Shown: positions 33,742 to 44,692 of the stretch, in pieces | Numbering within the stretch: position 1 is the stretch's first letter | Layout: every line of letters begins with the position of its first letter | DNA from: Nitrososphaerales archaeon | GTDB lineage: Archaea; Thermoproteota; Nitrososphaeria; Nitrososphaerales; UBA213 | Assembly (NCBI GenBank): GCA_965197925.1 | Contig: CBDAOC010000020.1 | Location: forward strand, 192,001-256,000 | Reading direction: 5' to 3' | DNA: 64,000 bases | The notes under the pieces: generated by a model | What the model was told of the DNA's origin: nothing | What the model saw: the letters and a program-made list of their open reading frames with translations, nothing else | Database searches by the model: none | Program-made: the position numbers and the translations under genes

Positions 33742-34740
33742 ATGAGTAATCTTGACACAGGAGCAACAAATGCGGTACAAACCTGCATGGGAGTAAATGA
33801 ATCCGACAGCGTTATGATAGTAACTGACCAAAATACTGAGGAAGTTGCAAATGCAATTTATCGTAAAGCCAAGTCCATAGCAAATAGTCGGATATTTGTA
33901 TTAGAGGATTATGCTCCAAGGCCCATTAACAAAATTCCAGGTGAATTAATCAAGGCAATTCCTGATGCTACTGTTACTTTCTGGGCAACACAAATGTATT
34001 ATGGAGAACTCAAGTCCAGGACACTTTTCAAAACTGAGGCCTTGAAGTATGCTAGACATGCTCATATGCCAGGATTGACCAGGGAGATAATGGAGCAAGG
34101 TATGTGTGCTGATTACAATTTGATCCACAAAATAACTATGAAAATTTATGAGCTTGTTAAGAATATCAGTAGTATTAAAGTTAGAAGTTCAGATGGAACT
34201 TCATTAGATCTAGAGTTCGACAAAAACTGGAGATGGATTCCAAGTCATGGTATCTTTCATGAAAGAGGTATGTGGGGAAATCTTCCCGACGGTGAGGTTT
34301 TTGGAACCCCGTATAATGTTAATGGTACAACTGTGGCTTCCGAACTTGGAGATTGGTTTGCTAAGAAATATGGTTATTTGCACGATAAGGTTCATTTTGA
34401 AATCAAGAATTCAAGGATCAATCTAGATCACATCCATTGTGATGATAAAGAATTGGAGGGTGAACTGTTGCGGTATCTTCAAACTGATGTGAATAGTAAT
34501 AGAGCCTCGGAATTCGCTATTCCCACGAATATTTCATTAATGGATCGTCCGTTAATAGGAAATATGCTTCAAGACGAGAAGGCCAGAGTGCATATGGCCT
34601 TTGGTGATCCATATGGATCTCAGACAAGTGCTAATTGGAAATCTAGCACCCATATAGACTTCATCCTTGAAGAGTGTGACGTTACCGTGGATGATGTTGA
34701 GGTGATCAAGAAAGGGAAGTTATGCTCTACGAATGAATGA
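33742..34740 (+). CDS. Aminopeptidase (peptidase M29 family)
   Basis: HMPG, NLPDGEVF, DEK..HMAFG, HIDF. Confidence 0.87.
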   Translation: MSNLDTGATNAVQTCMGVNESDSVMIVTDQNTEEVANAIYRKAKSIANSRIFVLEDYAPRPINKIPGELIKAIPDATVTFWATQMYYGELKSRTLFKTEALKYARHAHMPGLTREIMEQGMCADYNLIHKITMKIYELVKNISSIKVRSSDGTSLDLEFDKNWRWIPSHGIFHERGMWGNLPDGEVFGTPYNVNGTTVASELGDWFAKKYGYLHDKVHFEIKNSRINLDHIHCDDKELEGELLRYLQTDVNSNRASEFAIPTNISLMDRPLIGNMLQDEKARVHMAFGDPYGSQTSANWKSSTHIDFILEECDVTVDDVEVIKKGKLCSTNE

Positions 34741-34814
34741 ATGCGATTTGGATTGGAATGGAGGAGATGAACAAATCAAACTTTATTTGTATGTAGTAAG
34801 GCACGCTAAACTGA

Positions 34815-34923
34815 GCCGGGGTGCTCTAGCCTGGGAGGAGGTAGATTATCTTGCCTAAGCCTGGAATCGGCAGAGAGCCTATGACCAGCAATGGTCGCGA
34901 GGGTTCAAATCCCTCTCCCGGCG
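34815..34923 (+). tRNA. tRNA-Ser(GGA) with two introns (29/30 at 34845-34858; about 9 nt in the anticodon loop, ~34867-34875)
   Basis: Acceptor stem GCCGGGG/TCCCGGC-G; long variable arm GACCA-GCAA-TGGTC; T arm GAGGG-TTCAAAT-CCCTC; the TAGGC/GCCTA anticodon stem forms only after removing intron 1. Confidence 0.8.
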
Positions 34924-35167
34924 CCTAATATTGTGATGTAGGCCTAATGAATAAAATTTACACACTTTAAACGTACAGGGCCTGTAAGCTGCTACACATT
35001 CGAATTGGTGGAATTGAATTAGTTTGATTTTGTGCGAATTCATACTAGAAAAACCGGCCCAAAATCACTAACTCTAGCAACATCATATGATCAACTTAAA
35101 GAATGGCTTTCCGTTAGTCCTAAGAGTATTTCAAGAATGGGATAAAGTTTAATATCTTTGCTCTTTC

Positions 35168-35563
35168 ATGAATTTATTCATGAACAAAGTAGTTCACTTT
35201 GAGATTCCGTTTGATGACCAAGTAAGAGCTCAGAAATTTTACCAAGATGTGTTTGGTTGGCAGATAAACAAGTTCGGAGAGATGGACTATTGGATGGCCA
35301 TGACCTGCGATTGCGACCAAAACTCAATGATGCCAAAAGAACCCGGTGCAATAAACGGTGGTTTACTAAAACGAGATCCTACTGGAGAACATCCAGTTAT
35401 TGTAATAGATGTGCAAAATCTTGATGAACACCTAACGAAGATCGAATCTGCAGGAGGAAAAGTAGTTATGGAAAAAATGCAGGTTGGTGATTTTGGTTTA
35501 TACGCTAGGGTCGAGGATACTGAAGGGAACGTTATTGGAGTCTGGCAGGCGCTAAAGAAATAA
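35168..35563 (+). CDS. VOC/glyoxalase family protein
   Basis: VVHFEIP, FYQDVFGW, GAINGG, DTEGNVIG. Confidence 0.92.
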   Translation: MNLFMNKVVHFEIPFDDQVRAQKFYQDVFGWQINKFGEMDYWMAMTCDCDQNSMMPKEPGAINGGLLKRDPTGEHPVIVIDVQNLDEHLTKIESAGGKVVMEKMQVGDFGLYARVEDTEGNVIGVWQALKK

Positions 35564-36403
35564 AAAACCGCCTAACTATTTTTTAATCAAGTTTAGCACC
35601 AATAATATACAATGAATGATGAATCCCGATATTTCTATACCATTACCAAATTGGTATAATTTCGACACCTGCTGATTTACCGATACATTGGTCCCATACC
35701 TCAATATTGCCTAAATGGGTTGTCGCCTTATTCACTATACCAATATACTCAATCTTTAATTTTCCATTATGCCTACAAGATATTCATATTGTAAACGAAG
35801 TAACAATTACCCTAGGATCTATAACAGACCGCCTTTCAGGCTTTCCAATGATCGTGCGAACCGCACGAGTTACTTTGACACCTTTATTGGCACACTTTTC
35901 GCAGTGAAGGTGATACTTGTAACCAATGGTAGGTTCTGTGATACAATATGATCTTTGATTCTGTAACTTTGGTTGTGTGTTATCTGCTTGTTTATCCGAA
36001 AGGTTACGCCTTTCATAAGAGCTTTCAGAAATACATGTGTTCCAATTAATGGACCTAATCGAGGTTCTTTCCTTCTTTGTTTCATGAGGGGCATCTAAGA
36101 GTAGAGTTGTAGCCATTCTTCTTACACCTCATAATACAATTGGCTCGATTCTACGGCTGCTTGATTGCCGATTTCAATCATTCTCTTTTGCATAGAAGTA
36201 TGATACAAAACCAACAATAAAAAAAAGACGGAAATATTGGACCCAATTCAGTTCCATATTGGAAAAAATTGTCTCTTTTAATTACCCGGGTCTAAGCAGA
36301 CAAAACCTGAAGGCAAGCAGACATCATTTTCTATTGCCTTGGTTCTAAACTACCAAATCCCAACGGTCATAATGTTTAATACCGCTAATGAAAATGTGAT
36401 CAT

Positions 36404-36658
36404 GTGCTCCCTAACCAATGCTCTATCAAGGATAAGAACGGTGATTGCCCAAATTCACCTTCATATTTAATATCTATAACACACAATTCGGAAGAATATA
36501 TGATAAGTGTTGTATGTGAGGAACATAAGATAAGTATGGAGAAGCGTGTGATTAGTATGCAGAATACTGGGGATCTTATGCGTGGAATAATCAACTTGGT
36601 TTCTCTAAGACCGGTTGGGACAGATTGTGTATTAAACTATCCAGATAAAATGGAATAG
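36404..36658 (+). CDS. Small Cys-containing conserved hypothetical protein
   Basis: 84-aa ORF with C..CPN and VGTDC, resembling a thaumarchaeal family. Confidence 0.65.
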   Translation: MLPNQCSIKDKNGDCPNSPSYLISITHNSEEYMISVVCEEHKISMEKRVISMQNTGDLMRGIINLVSLRPVGTDCVLNYPDKME

Positions 36659-36675
36659 GATCAGGTGTATACAGG

Positions 36676-37167
36676 CTACTTCTGGGAGACTTTTGTAATT
36701 GGATTGAGCCTTAAAGCAATAACCATTAACATTGATATTCCCATTACTGCTGCAAGGACTAGTGGAAATTCGGGTACAACGTTAACGGAAAATGAAGTCT
36801 TTTCCCCTACTTCTTTCTTTCCCACACTTTTTATAGTTACATCTATCGTTGCAGAACCTGTATCAATGAAGAGCACCTCAAGTACCATAATACCATCTGC
36901 AATTTCATCATGGTAGTTTTCAATCAAATTTTCTCCCTGCATTATTAGGAGATCGAAATTGACCTGCTGCATTAATTCATCATTTGATGGATCTACGAAC
37001 CTTACGACAAACTTGCTTATTTTATCGACCTGTATATCAGGCCACACTAGCTCGACCTGGTAATTACCACTTGCTGTAAGCTCCTTCAATGTATAATCCT
37101 CCTGAGAATAGACATTCATTGATGAGGAAAGAATTAGGATAACTGCAAAGAATAATTGGGCCCTCAC
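36676..37167 (-). CDS. PEF-CTERM/PEFG-CTERM-type surface protein
   Basis: Signal peptide; C-terminal VVPEFP followed by a TM helix and basic residues. Confidence 0.8.
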   Translation of the reverse strand: MRAQLFFAVILILSSSMNVYSQEDYTLKELTASGNYQVELVWPDIQVDKISKFVVRFVDPSNDELMQQVNFDLLIMQGENLIENYHDEIADGIMVLEVLFIDTGSATIDVTIKSVGKKEVGEKTSFSVNVVPEFPLVLAAVMGISMLMVIALRLNPITKVSQK

Positions 37168-37287
37168 ATTGAAATGAAATAATTACAAGTTCTTAAGTAT
37201 TCACGAGCAGCTCATGCTGAATAATAATAAATTAATCCTATAATAATTGAGTTTTAGAGGTCTTCTCATCTTCGATCAAGGTGAATA

Positions 37288-38871
37288 CTAATCTGACGCT
37301 TGCCTCGATGTTTCTCTTACTGCTTTTGCGGTTTCCTCCTCTTTTGCAGGTGATGGTGTTGTTTTTGCATTTACGCTCTCCAAAGGTTTTGCCCCTGAAA
37401 GAGATTTCTGTGGTACCTCTACAACTACAGGTAGCGGCTTTTCACTTTCATGTTTAGATTCCTTCTGAATAGACGCTTTTGGCAGCACTGGCTTGAAAGC
37501 CTTTGCTTGCTGGCTTGAATACCTATAAATGTGAAATATACCGGCAAATGTCAGAAGTATTAGACCCACCAAGAATAGTTCTACATTCCTAAATCCTGCC
37601 ACAGCAGCATAGTATGCAGAAATATTCAGGTATACTTGGAACACTAACAATGCTATAAGAAGTAACCATATCCAGTTCTCAGGCAACGTGATACTCTTTC
37701 TGGTTTCTCCTGCCAACTTCCTCTTCGCTGACTCGATCTTATTTCTATATTCAGCATGCCTCGCGAGCTTTATCATCATATAAGTAAATCCAAATGACAT
37801 TGGTACCAGAAGCAGCATAACTGTGTAGAATACTATTGGATCTATTACCAGTCTTTCCGTAAGCGACTTTAACCTGTCGGGATCTATGTAGAACCCCCAG
37901 TAGGTCGTCACCATTATCTGTGCCAAGCTTGTTATTCCTATTGCCGTTATCAAAGGCCTATCCTTCCAAGAGAACTTCTTATACCTGTCAATGAAGGGTA
38001 TCAAAAGCAATGCTCCTATGAACAACCCAGGCCATAATACCCCTGTTACGAACTTGTCAAACTGTGTTCTAAGGAAGGCATAGATCGCCGTAAGATACCA
38101 TTCTGGAACTGTGACGCCTGGTGGACTTGAAGGTTCAAACTTGGTACCAAGTTCTACAGGGAAAACACCGCCGGTTATGAATAAAACGCCGGTCACTGCC
38201 ATTACCATGGGAACGTCAAACACTAGGAAACGTGGAAAATGAACTGCCATCAGTCCTAGCATAACTATTGGGAGTATGAACACATGCAAAGCATAGAACC
38301 GTAGGACAAAATCAGCAAAGCCTGATCCAAAAATCATATGACCAATATCAGGGCCCATGACGGGTATAGAATTAGTTAAAGAAGCTGCTATACTTATAGC
38401 AAGCTCCGCTCTTTCGTTGTAAATGATATCATAACCCGTGAACGCCTCCAGTATCGTTACAGTCCCTAGAATAACTCCTGTTACCCATAACACCTCGTTC
38501 CTGATCTTGTATCTTCCGCTGAAGAATTGATAATACATATGTGCTAAGGCAAGGAAGACCATCGCGTTGGAAGCATGATAATGTATATTCCTTATGTGAA
38601 ATCCGTATGGAATAACATCATTGATCCTTTCAACACTATCAAATGCTCTATCAAGGATCGGCTCATAATAAAACATCAAAAGGGCCCCAGTTATGCCGAG
38701 AATTATGAAGGTGATGAATGTTAGCATTCCCAAAAATCCCAACGGACTTACGAATCTCGATGGAAAAGTAAACTTCAAGCCCAAGAAGAGGGTTCTCTCC
38801 AGTCCTCCCCAGAGCCACTTGAAGAACCTTACTATACCATTCTCATTCTTTAAGGAAGCGACCATATCCAA
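37288..38871 (-). CDS. petB: Cytochrome b subunit of a bc-type complex
   Basis: Heme-ligand His pairs (HYHASN..AHMY; LHVF..VHF) and the PEWY Qo motif. Confidence 0.95.
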   Translation of the reverse strand: MDMVASLKNENGIVRFFKWLWGGLERTLFLGLKFTFPSRFVSPLGFLGMLTFITFIILGITGALLMFYYEPILDRAFDSVERINDVIPYGFHIRNIHYHASNAMVFLALAHMYYQFFSGRYKIRNEVLWVTGVILGTVTILEAFTGYDIIYNERAELAISIAASLTNSIPVMGPDIGHMIFGSGFADFVLRFYALHVFILPIVMLGLMAVHFPRFLVFDVPMVMAVTGVLFITGGVFPVELGTKFEPSSPPGVTVPEWYLTAIYAFLRTQFDKFVTGVLWPGLFIGALLLIPFIDRYKKFSWKDRPLITAIGITSLAQIMVTTYWGFYIDPDRLKSLTERLVIDPIVFYTVMLLLVPMSFGFTYMMIKLARHAEYRNKIESAKRKLAGETRKSITLPENWIWLLLIALLVFQVYLNISAYYAAVAGFRNVELFLVGLILLTFAGIFHIYRYSSQQAKAFKPVLPKASIQKESKHESEKPLPVVVEVPQKSLSGAKPLESVNAKTTPSPAKEEETAKAVRETSRQASD

Positions 38872-39463
38872 CTATCCCATTTTCATTTACATTCCAAACG
38901 GCCGGCAGAATCCATAGAAGTCCATTACTATCAACCTCAAGGTTCAATTGTGGTAATACATTCGATGGGGGTGCCTGCAATGAAGCAGGGCCGGCTGTGG
39001 CCTTTCCTGTCCTAGCATCATAAAGGGTACCATGACATGGACATTCACCACGCTTCTTAGTCTCATCAGGCCAGTACTTCCACATACACCAAAGATGCAG
39101 GCAGACCATGCTATAGGCACGGAATGCGGAAGAGTCGGTTACATCTCCTCCCATCTCTTTAGGCAAGCGAATAAACTGCCACCGCCTGAAAGGTTCCTCA
39201 TCCAGAACTCTATCACCTGTAAAAGGATATACGATTGCTTCTGAATGATTTACAGGAAACGTTTTGACTTTTGCCTGTGATCCATCAGGAAGTACTACCT
39301 TGGCACGATCCAATCCTACACCAGCAGGGTTGGGCATGAATTTACCCCAGTCAATGAATGGGGTAAATGTCATAACTGTGCCCGCTGCCGCCATTAGTTT
39401 AAGAAAATCACGTCTTGAGAGCTTGCCACCTTGATCAGATGGTTGCTGACTCATAATAATCAT
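38843..39463 (-). CDS. Rieske 2Fe-2S protein, Tat-exported
   Basis: SRRDFLK Tat motif; CLHLWC and CPCHG boxes. Confidence 0.95.
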   Translation of the reverse strand: MIIMSQQPSDQGGKLSRRDFLKLMAAAGTVMTFTPFIDWGKFMPNPAGVGLDRAKVVLPDGSQAKVKTFPVNHSEAIVYPFTGDRVLDEEPFRRWQFIRLPKEMGGDVTDSSAFRAYSMVCLHLWCMWKYWPDETKKRGECPCHGTLYDARTGKATAGPASLQAPPSNVLPQLNLEVDSNGLLWILPAVWNVNENGIVGYGRFLKE

Positions 39464-39512
39464 AAAAACATGAAGTGAATAAATTTATAAACGTTCTCCA
39501 AGGGACCTGATT

Positions 39513-42500
39513 TCAACTAGTTCGTTTTCTATGCTTGACCAATAGCACAGCACCTGTTGCTCCTCCACCAATTGCAAGACCTACTATAAGGCCCATTAAA
39601 AGACCTTTTTCAATACCAATTTTAGTACCAATTTCAATACCTTCCTCTTGTGCACTTAACAATGTAGGTCCCATGTTCTCCGTGACCATCTTGACTGATG
39701 TAGATCCAATGTTTCCAGCTCTATCCTCTGCAATGACCTCCAGCACATACTCCTTGTCGAAGAGGGTAGTTGTATCTATTTCATATGAACCAGAATCTCC
39801 GCTATCTATTGATCTGCCACCCATAACTATTGTCACATTGTTAAGGTTCTCATCCATAACATCGTACTCTACATTCAATATACCTGCAACCGTTTCACCG
39901 TCTGATGGGTTAATTATGCTGACTAGTGGTGCTGTATTGTCGACTTTGAATTCCACTGTTTCTTCCGCAAGGTTTCCAGCTCCATCCTCTGCGGTAACCA
40001 CAATATCATATTTTCCGTCTGTAAGCTCTACAGTATCAATGGTCAAGCTCTTATCATCATCAATCCTCGTTCCATTTGGTAACGTAACAGTAAAAACCTT
40101 GAGAGTTGAATCGAAGACATCAGAAATAACATCAAAACTACCAGCAACGACACTACCATATTCAGGGCTCCTAATACTCACTTCAGGGTCTGTATTATCA
40201 ACAGCAAAGATAAGATCCTCATACACCGTGTGGCCAACAGTATCTGATGCTACTATTGACAATCGATGATACCCCTCGACCATACTTCTTGTATCCAGTA
40301 TTATGGTTCGATTCTCACCCAAGCTAACTCGTTCAGATCCATTTATAGAGTAAGTGACATCCTCAAGGTTTTCGTCAACTATATCAATGGGAATCTCCAC
40401 CAAATCTCTTACATACTCCGGGAATTCTATTGTCATCTCTGGTACTTTTGTATCCGGTAGAAGAGTAGTAAATTTGGATTCGATCATGATCGGTTCCATA
40501 AGCTCCTTACCATGGAAAAGCGTTGTGTGTAACATAAGAGTATGTATCCCTGTAGAATTGACTGGCACATAAAGAACAGTGGTCGTGTTTCCGTGGTTTG
40601 AGGCAGGATAGAAACCACCACCTTCACTATACCTAGTAGTACCCAGCCAGTCGTTGCTGGGCCATCCAAGGAATACCTTAAAGACTCCAGCAGGGACTGA
40701 AGAAGCAATTATCTTGCCGCTTGGATCAGTCATCATCGCATTCACACTAGTCCAGTTGTTCTTCCAAGTAATCTTCATGTTAATTGCATTTATCGTAGCA
40801 TCGGTAATATTGAAGTGGTAATACCTCCAGTCACCAGCTGTGTATCTTGACAGCATATTAAAAGATCCGGTAATCGATGCATTGTCATACAGCAAATCAT
40901 TTCTGGGCTCGCCAGAAACTACCAAGGGAATATCTTTACTTGTAACTGTTATAGGGACTACATAAGAAACGGGTATGTTTGTGGTATGTGTTTTGCTCTC
41001 TACAGTTATGAATCCTTGATAAATACCTGGTACAGCATCTTCAGGAACATCTAACCTTGCCTGGAAAACTCGCTGGCTGTTAGGTGCCATTTCAATGTTT
41101 TCAGTATCAAGAGATAGAAGATCCCAATCTCCCTTCTTGTAAAATGCTACTGAGAGCGTGTAATTCAGGGCAGTACTGTTTTGTCTTGTGTCCCCGCTCC
41201 AGTATGAGTAGATAGTAGGGACTGGATAAACTCCCAACAATGGCGTGTTCTTTATACGGCTTGTTGGATCACTTATCATAACTTCCTGCACCGTGCCCCA
41301 AGAGCCACCCCTATTGACCATACTGAGTTCATCGAATGACACCTCCTCGTCTTCATTCTTGTCATTCCAATCGTAGAAATAGAGTGATGCTATCCTGAGT
41401 GAGTTTGCATAAATCATTTCAGTTGAGTTTTGAAATGATTCGAATGGGAAGTATGCCTTGACTATCATGATTTCAGTATCCTCAGGGATCATTTCATCAA
41501 GCTTGACATAGTTGGGTGCAAATCCCTTGTTAGTGTCGTTTAGTAGGGGGTCCTTCTCCCTTACCTCAGTTGTGCCGTTAATGCTTTTCTGCTTTATAAG
41601 CTGGAGAGCAGTGGCTTTCAAATTAACTGTAAATCCTTTGTCAGAACGATTCACTACTTGCAAAGTTGTTTCCTTGCTCTCCCCTCTGTTCACATAACCT
41701 GCATACCATTTTGAATCCTGAAGGTTTCTTTCTGGGAACGATAGAGTGTAATTTCCATCTGGAATAATTAAGGTTTGGTTACCCTTTGGTACTGATGTTG
41801 ATTGATTCCCGAGACCCATGATCTCGTAATTGTCTATGCTTTTCTTCAATAAGTTTACAATATTGGAGTAGGTATCGTTGGTATAGACAAGGAATTTACC
41901 ATTCATACCCTTAATGTATTCAGCAGCAGTAGTAGCATTTACCCTGCCCGCTCCTTGTACGAACGGTTCGCCTCGTAAGTCATCGGCCGTGGACATTAAT
42001 ATCGATTTAACGATGAATGGATTGACTTCCATCGTCTCATTCCTCAGAGCTTCCATTACAAGTGCTGCTGTGCCAGCTGCAAGCGGTGCTGCCATACTGG
42101 TACCACCAAATAGTCCAAACGCACCAGTTGCATTTTCGAGGTGTTTTGTATTGGGTGGCATTGGTACAAATCCATAAGCACCGATACTCATAACTTCAGG
42201 TTTAACATCGCCAAGCATACTCGGTCCACGGCTGGAGAATCCCGCAATATCATCATAGTGAGTGGTACTGTTTCCGAACCTTGGTTCGTTCATGGTAAAA
42301 TCATATCCTACAAAGACGTTGTTTGTAGTTGCACCAACTGTAAGCGCAAAGGGTGCACTACTAGGGGATCCCAGTGTGCCGTAACCAAAACCGGTATTCC
42401 CAGCACTATTCACCATCAGCTTACCCGGAAACTCATCTCCTATAGCACCAGGAACACTTAGCAAACTTGAAAGGAAACTTAACACATCGTACCCCGGACC

Positions 42501-44072
42501 GTAGTCAAGAACGGGAAAAGTAGAAACCCCCCAGCTGTTGTTTATTATATCAGCACTATGCCTTCCAGTATATTTCCAGTTTCCATCCTTGTCCTGGTCA
42601 AACCCCGACACCCACAACCAGCCATAAACCACATCTCCATACCACAGCGCCTTTACGGGAATTATCTTCGCATTAGGAGCAACTCCTTTCAAATTGTACT
42701 TCGTGGAGTTCTTGTAAACATCATAAAGATCATCACCGCTTGAAGCAACCGATGCTGCACTTCCCGTCCCATGCCCAAGAAAGTCAAACATCACACCAAA
42801 GTAATTACCATCAGGATCCAAGGGCTTCAGAAGAGTTCCATTGACAACGCCGATATATCTGTCGACCTCTGCCTCTTCTTCCTTTATTGCACCCCAGACA
42901 TCAAGCACATGTGCTCCTACCATTCCAGCCGTTAAATCAAAGTTACCATCATCGTCAGCATCATATGCAAGAAATTCTTCCCGGTCGCCAAGCTTAATGC
43001 GTTTTTCATCAGTAAATGAATAATCAAACTCGGCTTGATCTTGATTATTCCTAAGTTCATGCTTGGTAAAATCCGCCCATGCTGAGGACATATCAGCAAT
43101 TACAGTGTCATAAACACCTGGCTTATCACTGTCAACTACTAGTACCGGTATTATTATTAATCCAGCCCTACCAAGGTGGAATTGTACCTGTAAGACGAAC
43201 CCCATTTTATACTCCCCGCTCATTGAGTGTATAAAATCCTCAGTGCTTTCTCCTATCTTCCAGTTCTTGTTTGAAGTTGCGTTAATTATCAATGGTGATA
43301 TCAATGGATATATAGAATTGTAGACCTCAAATTTAGTTCCATTAGCTTGATGGCTCAGGTTAAGAAATATTCCATCGTCTGTGATATACACATTGCCAGT
43401 GTATTCATCTTCGTCCTCTGGAAGTGTACTGTTAAGAAGGTTTCCTAGTGGAGTTACGTTAGCTATAAACTTCGTCTTTGTTAAAACAATTCCCTGGCCG
43501 TCAGCGTCGAGCATTATGGGCCTCCTGTTGACATCTCTTGCTACAGCATGCATAAGATCCACATTGGAAAAGTCAGTGCCCGTATCAACGATTGCAACCT
43601 TCACACCTTTACCTGTAAGACCATGATCCTTGCTCGCAACTTCTGATCCAAGTATTTCGCCCAGACGGGATGCATCCTTTATCTGATCGAACTCAAGGTT
43701 TACATCCCTTTTGATCTCCAAACCTTGTGATTTCAGCATTGGTAGATTTCTGGTTGTTGTTGCTCCAAAGGCCAAGTAACCATCTTTGGTCTTCAGTTGA
43801 TGTGAAACATGTACCTTGTCGGCAATGCTCTCTATGCTCCCAATACCCTTGATAATGACCCTCACTGTCTCAGGATTATATGAAATACCTGCTGAAGATA
43901 AATCCAAGAGTTCTGAATTCATTCGCAGTGAATAATCTGTAGGTAATACATTATTAAGAGATTCATATTCATACAAAGCACCGGCCTTCGGTACATCTTG
44001 TATAAATATGCCTAGAAGTATAGGCACCAGTATAATTGATATCAACCTGTAGCGCAAAACCATAATACGCAC
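39513..44072 (-). CDS. Large membrane-anchored S8 (subtilisin-like) peptidase with C-terminal Ig-like repeats
   Basis: Catalytic triad VDTG / GHGT / GTSMAAP; signal peptide; DxAGN repeats; C-terminal TM. Confidence 0.93.
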   Translation of the reverse strand: MRIMVLRYRLISIILVPILLGIFIQDVPKAGALYEYESLNNVLPTDYSLRMNSELLDLSSAGISYNPETVRVIIKGIGSIESIADKVHVSHQLKTKDGYLAFGATTTRNLPMLKSQGLEIKRDVNLEFDQIKDASRLGEILGSEVASKDHGLTGKGVKVAIVDTGTDFSNVDLMHAVARDVNRRPIMLDADGQGIVLTKTKFIANVTPLGNLLNSTLPEDEDEYTGNVYITDDGIFLNLSHQANGTKFEVYNSIYPLISPLIINATSNKNWKIGESTEDFIHSMSGEYKMGFVLQVQFHLGRAGLIIIPVLVVDSDKPGVYDTVIADMSSAWADFTKHELRNNQDQAEFDYSFTDEKRIKLGDREEFLAYDADDDGNFDLTAGMVGAHVLDVWGAIKEEEAEVDRYIGVVNGTLLKPLDPDGNYFGVMFDFLGHGTGSAASVASSGDDLYDVYKNSTKYNLKGVAPNAKIIPVKALWYGDVVYGWLWVSGFDQDKDGNWKYTGRHSADIINNSWGVSTFPVLDYGPGYDVLSFLSSLLSVPGAIGDEFPGKLMVNSAGNTGFGYGTLGSPSSAPFALTVGATTNNVFVGYDFTMNEPRFGNSTTHYDDIAGFSSRGPSMLGDVKPEVMSIGAYGFVPMPPNTKHLENATGAFGLFGGTSMAAPLAAGTAALVMEALRNETMEVNPFIVKSILMSTADDLRGEPFVQGAGRVNATTAAEYIKGMNGKFLVYTNDTYSNIVNLLKKSIDNYEIMGLGNQSTSVPKGNQTLIIPDGNYTLSFPERNLQDSKWYAGYVNRGESKETTLQVVNRSDKGFTVNLKATALQLIKQKSINGTTEVREKDPLLNDTNKGFAPNYVKLDEMIPEDTEIMIVKAYFPFESFQNSTEMIYANSLRIASLYFYDWNDKNEDEEVSFDELSMVNRGGSWGTVQEVMISDPTSRIKNTPLLGVYPVPTIYSYWSGDTRQNSTALNYTLSVAFYKKGDWDLLSLDTENIEMAPNSQRVFQARLDVPEDAVPGIYQGFITVESKTHTTNIPVSYVVPITVTSKDIPLVVSGEPRNDLLYDNASITGSFNMLSRYTAGDWRYYHFNITDATINAINMKITWKNNWTSVNAMMTDPSGKIIASSVPAGVFKVFLGWPSNDWLGTTRYSEGGGFYPASNHGNTTTVLYVPVNSTGIHTLMLHTTLFHGKELMEPIMIESKFTTLLPDTKVPEMTIEFPEYVRDLVEIPIDIVDENLEDVTYSINGSERVSLGENRTIILDTRSMVEGYHRLSIVASDTVGHTVYEDLIFAVDNTDPEVSIRSPEYGSVVAGSFDVISDVFDSTLKVFTVTLPNGTRIDDDKSLTIDTVELTDGKYDIVVTAEDGAGNLAEETVEFKVDNTAPLVSIINPSDGETVAGILNVEYDVMDENLNNVTIVMGGRSIDSGDSGSYEIDTTTLFDKEYVLEVIAEDRAGNIGSTSVKMVTENMGPTLLSAQEEGIEIGTKIGIEKGLLMGLIVGLAIGGGATGAVLLVKHRKRTS

Positions 44073-44666
44073 ATCAAAATTAATTGACGAGCTATTTTTA
44101 TTCTTATCTAGCCAATACCAAGAAAATTAAGGTTTAATTACCAATGCCTAAATAAAAAGGCATTGCAGAAGCAAAGGGGCCAAACAAGGCGACGAGCAAA
44201 TAAACACCTCCATTATACTCCAAATGATTTATTCGCTCAAGATGAAGTTTTAGAGCTCATAAACATATGTCATCACCCAGAAAGGGCAAAGCGTTAATAG
44301 CAATCCTGTACGATGCGCTAACCGCATGAAGCTCTAAAGTTACGGATGGGTGATATTCAATTCCATGAAAACTATGCATTGGCCTATCCTGAAGAAGCAA
44401 AAACAGGTAGCAGAGCCGTTCCAATAATATTCTCTTACGCCTATCTTAGAGATTGGATAAACTCGCACCAATTTTTGTGCGGCACCGTGGTTTGTTTCGA
44501 AGCGATCAGTGCAGGTACAAAACCAAACCGGCAATGCACTTGCACTACATGAACCCATATTTAATGTTCGAGAAACTCAAAGAAATGCCAAACCACAAGC
44601 TGAATAAACTGTACCGGAACCCCTATAAGGCATATTCCAAATTAACAGAACATGCTAGATCCGTAC

Positions 44667-44686
44667 TATATACAGATTTGTATATA
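44667..44686. repeat. 20-bp palindrome TATATACA-GATT-TGTATATA just 3' of the ATPase gene
   Basis: Directly visible; arms match the two copies at 45936-45973. Confidence 0.8.
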
Positions 44687-44692
44687 TAAATC

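Noticed and set aside
35600..36116. Possible decayed gene with a CxxC motif
   Set aside because: Fragments in several frames with no recognisable family.
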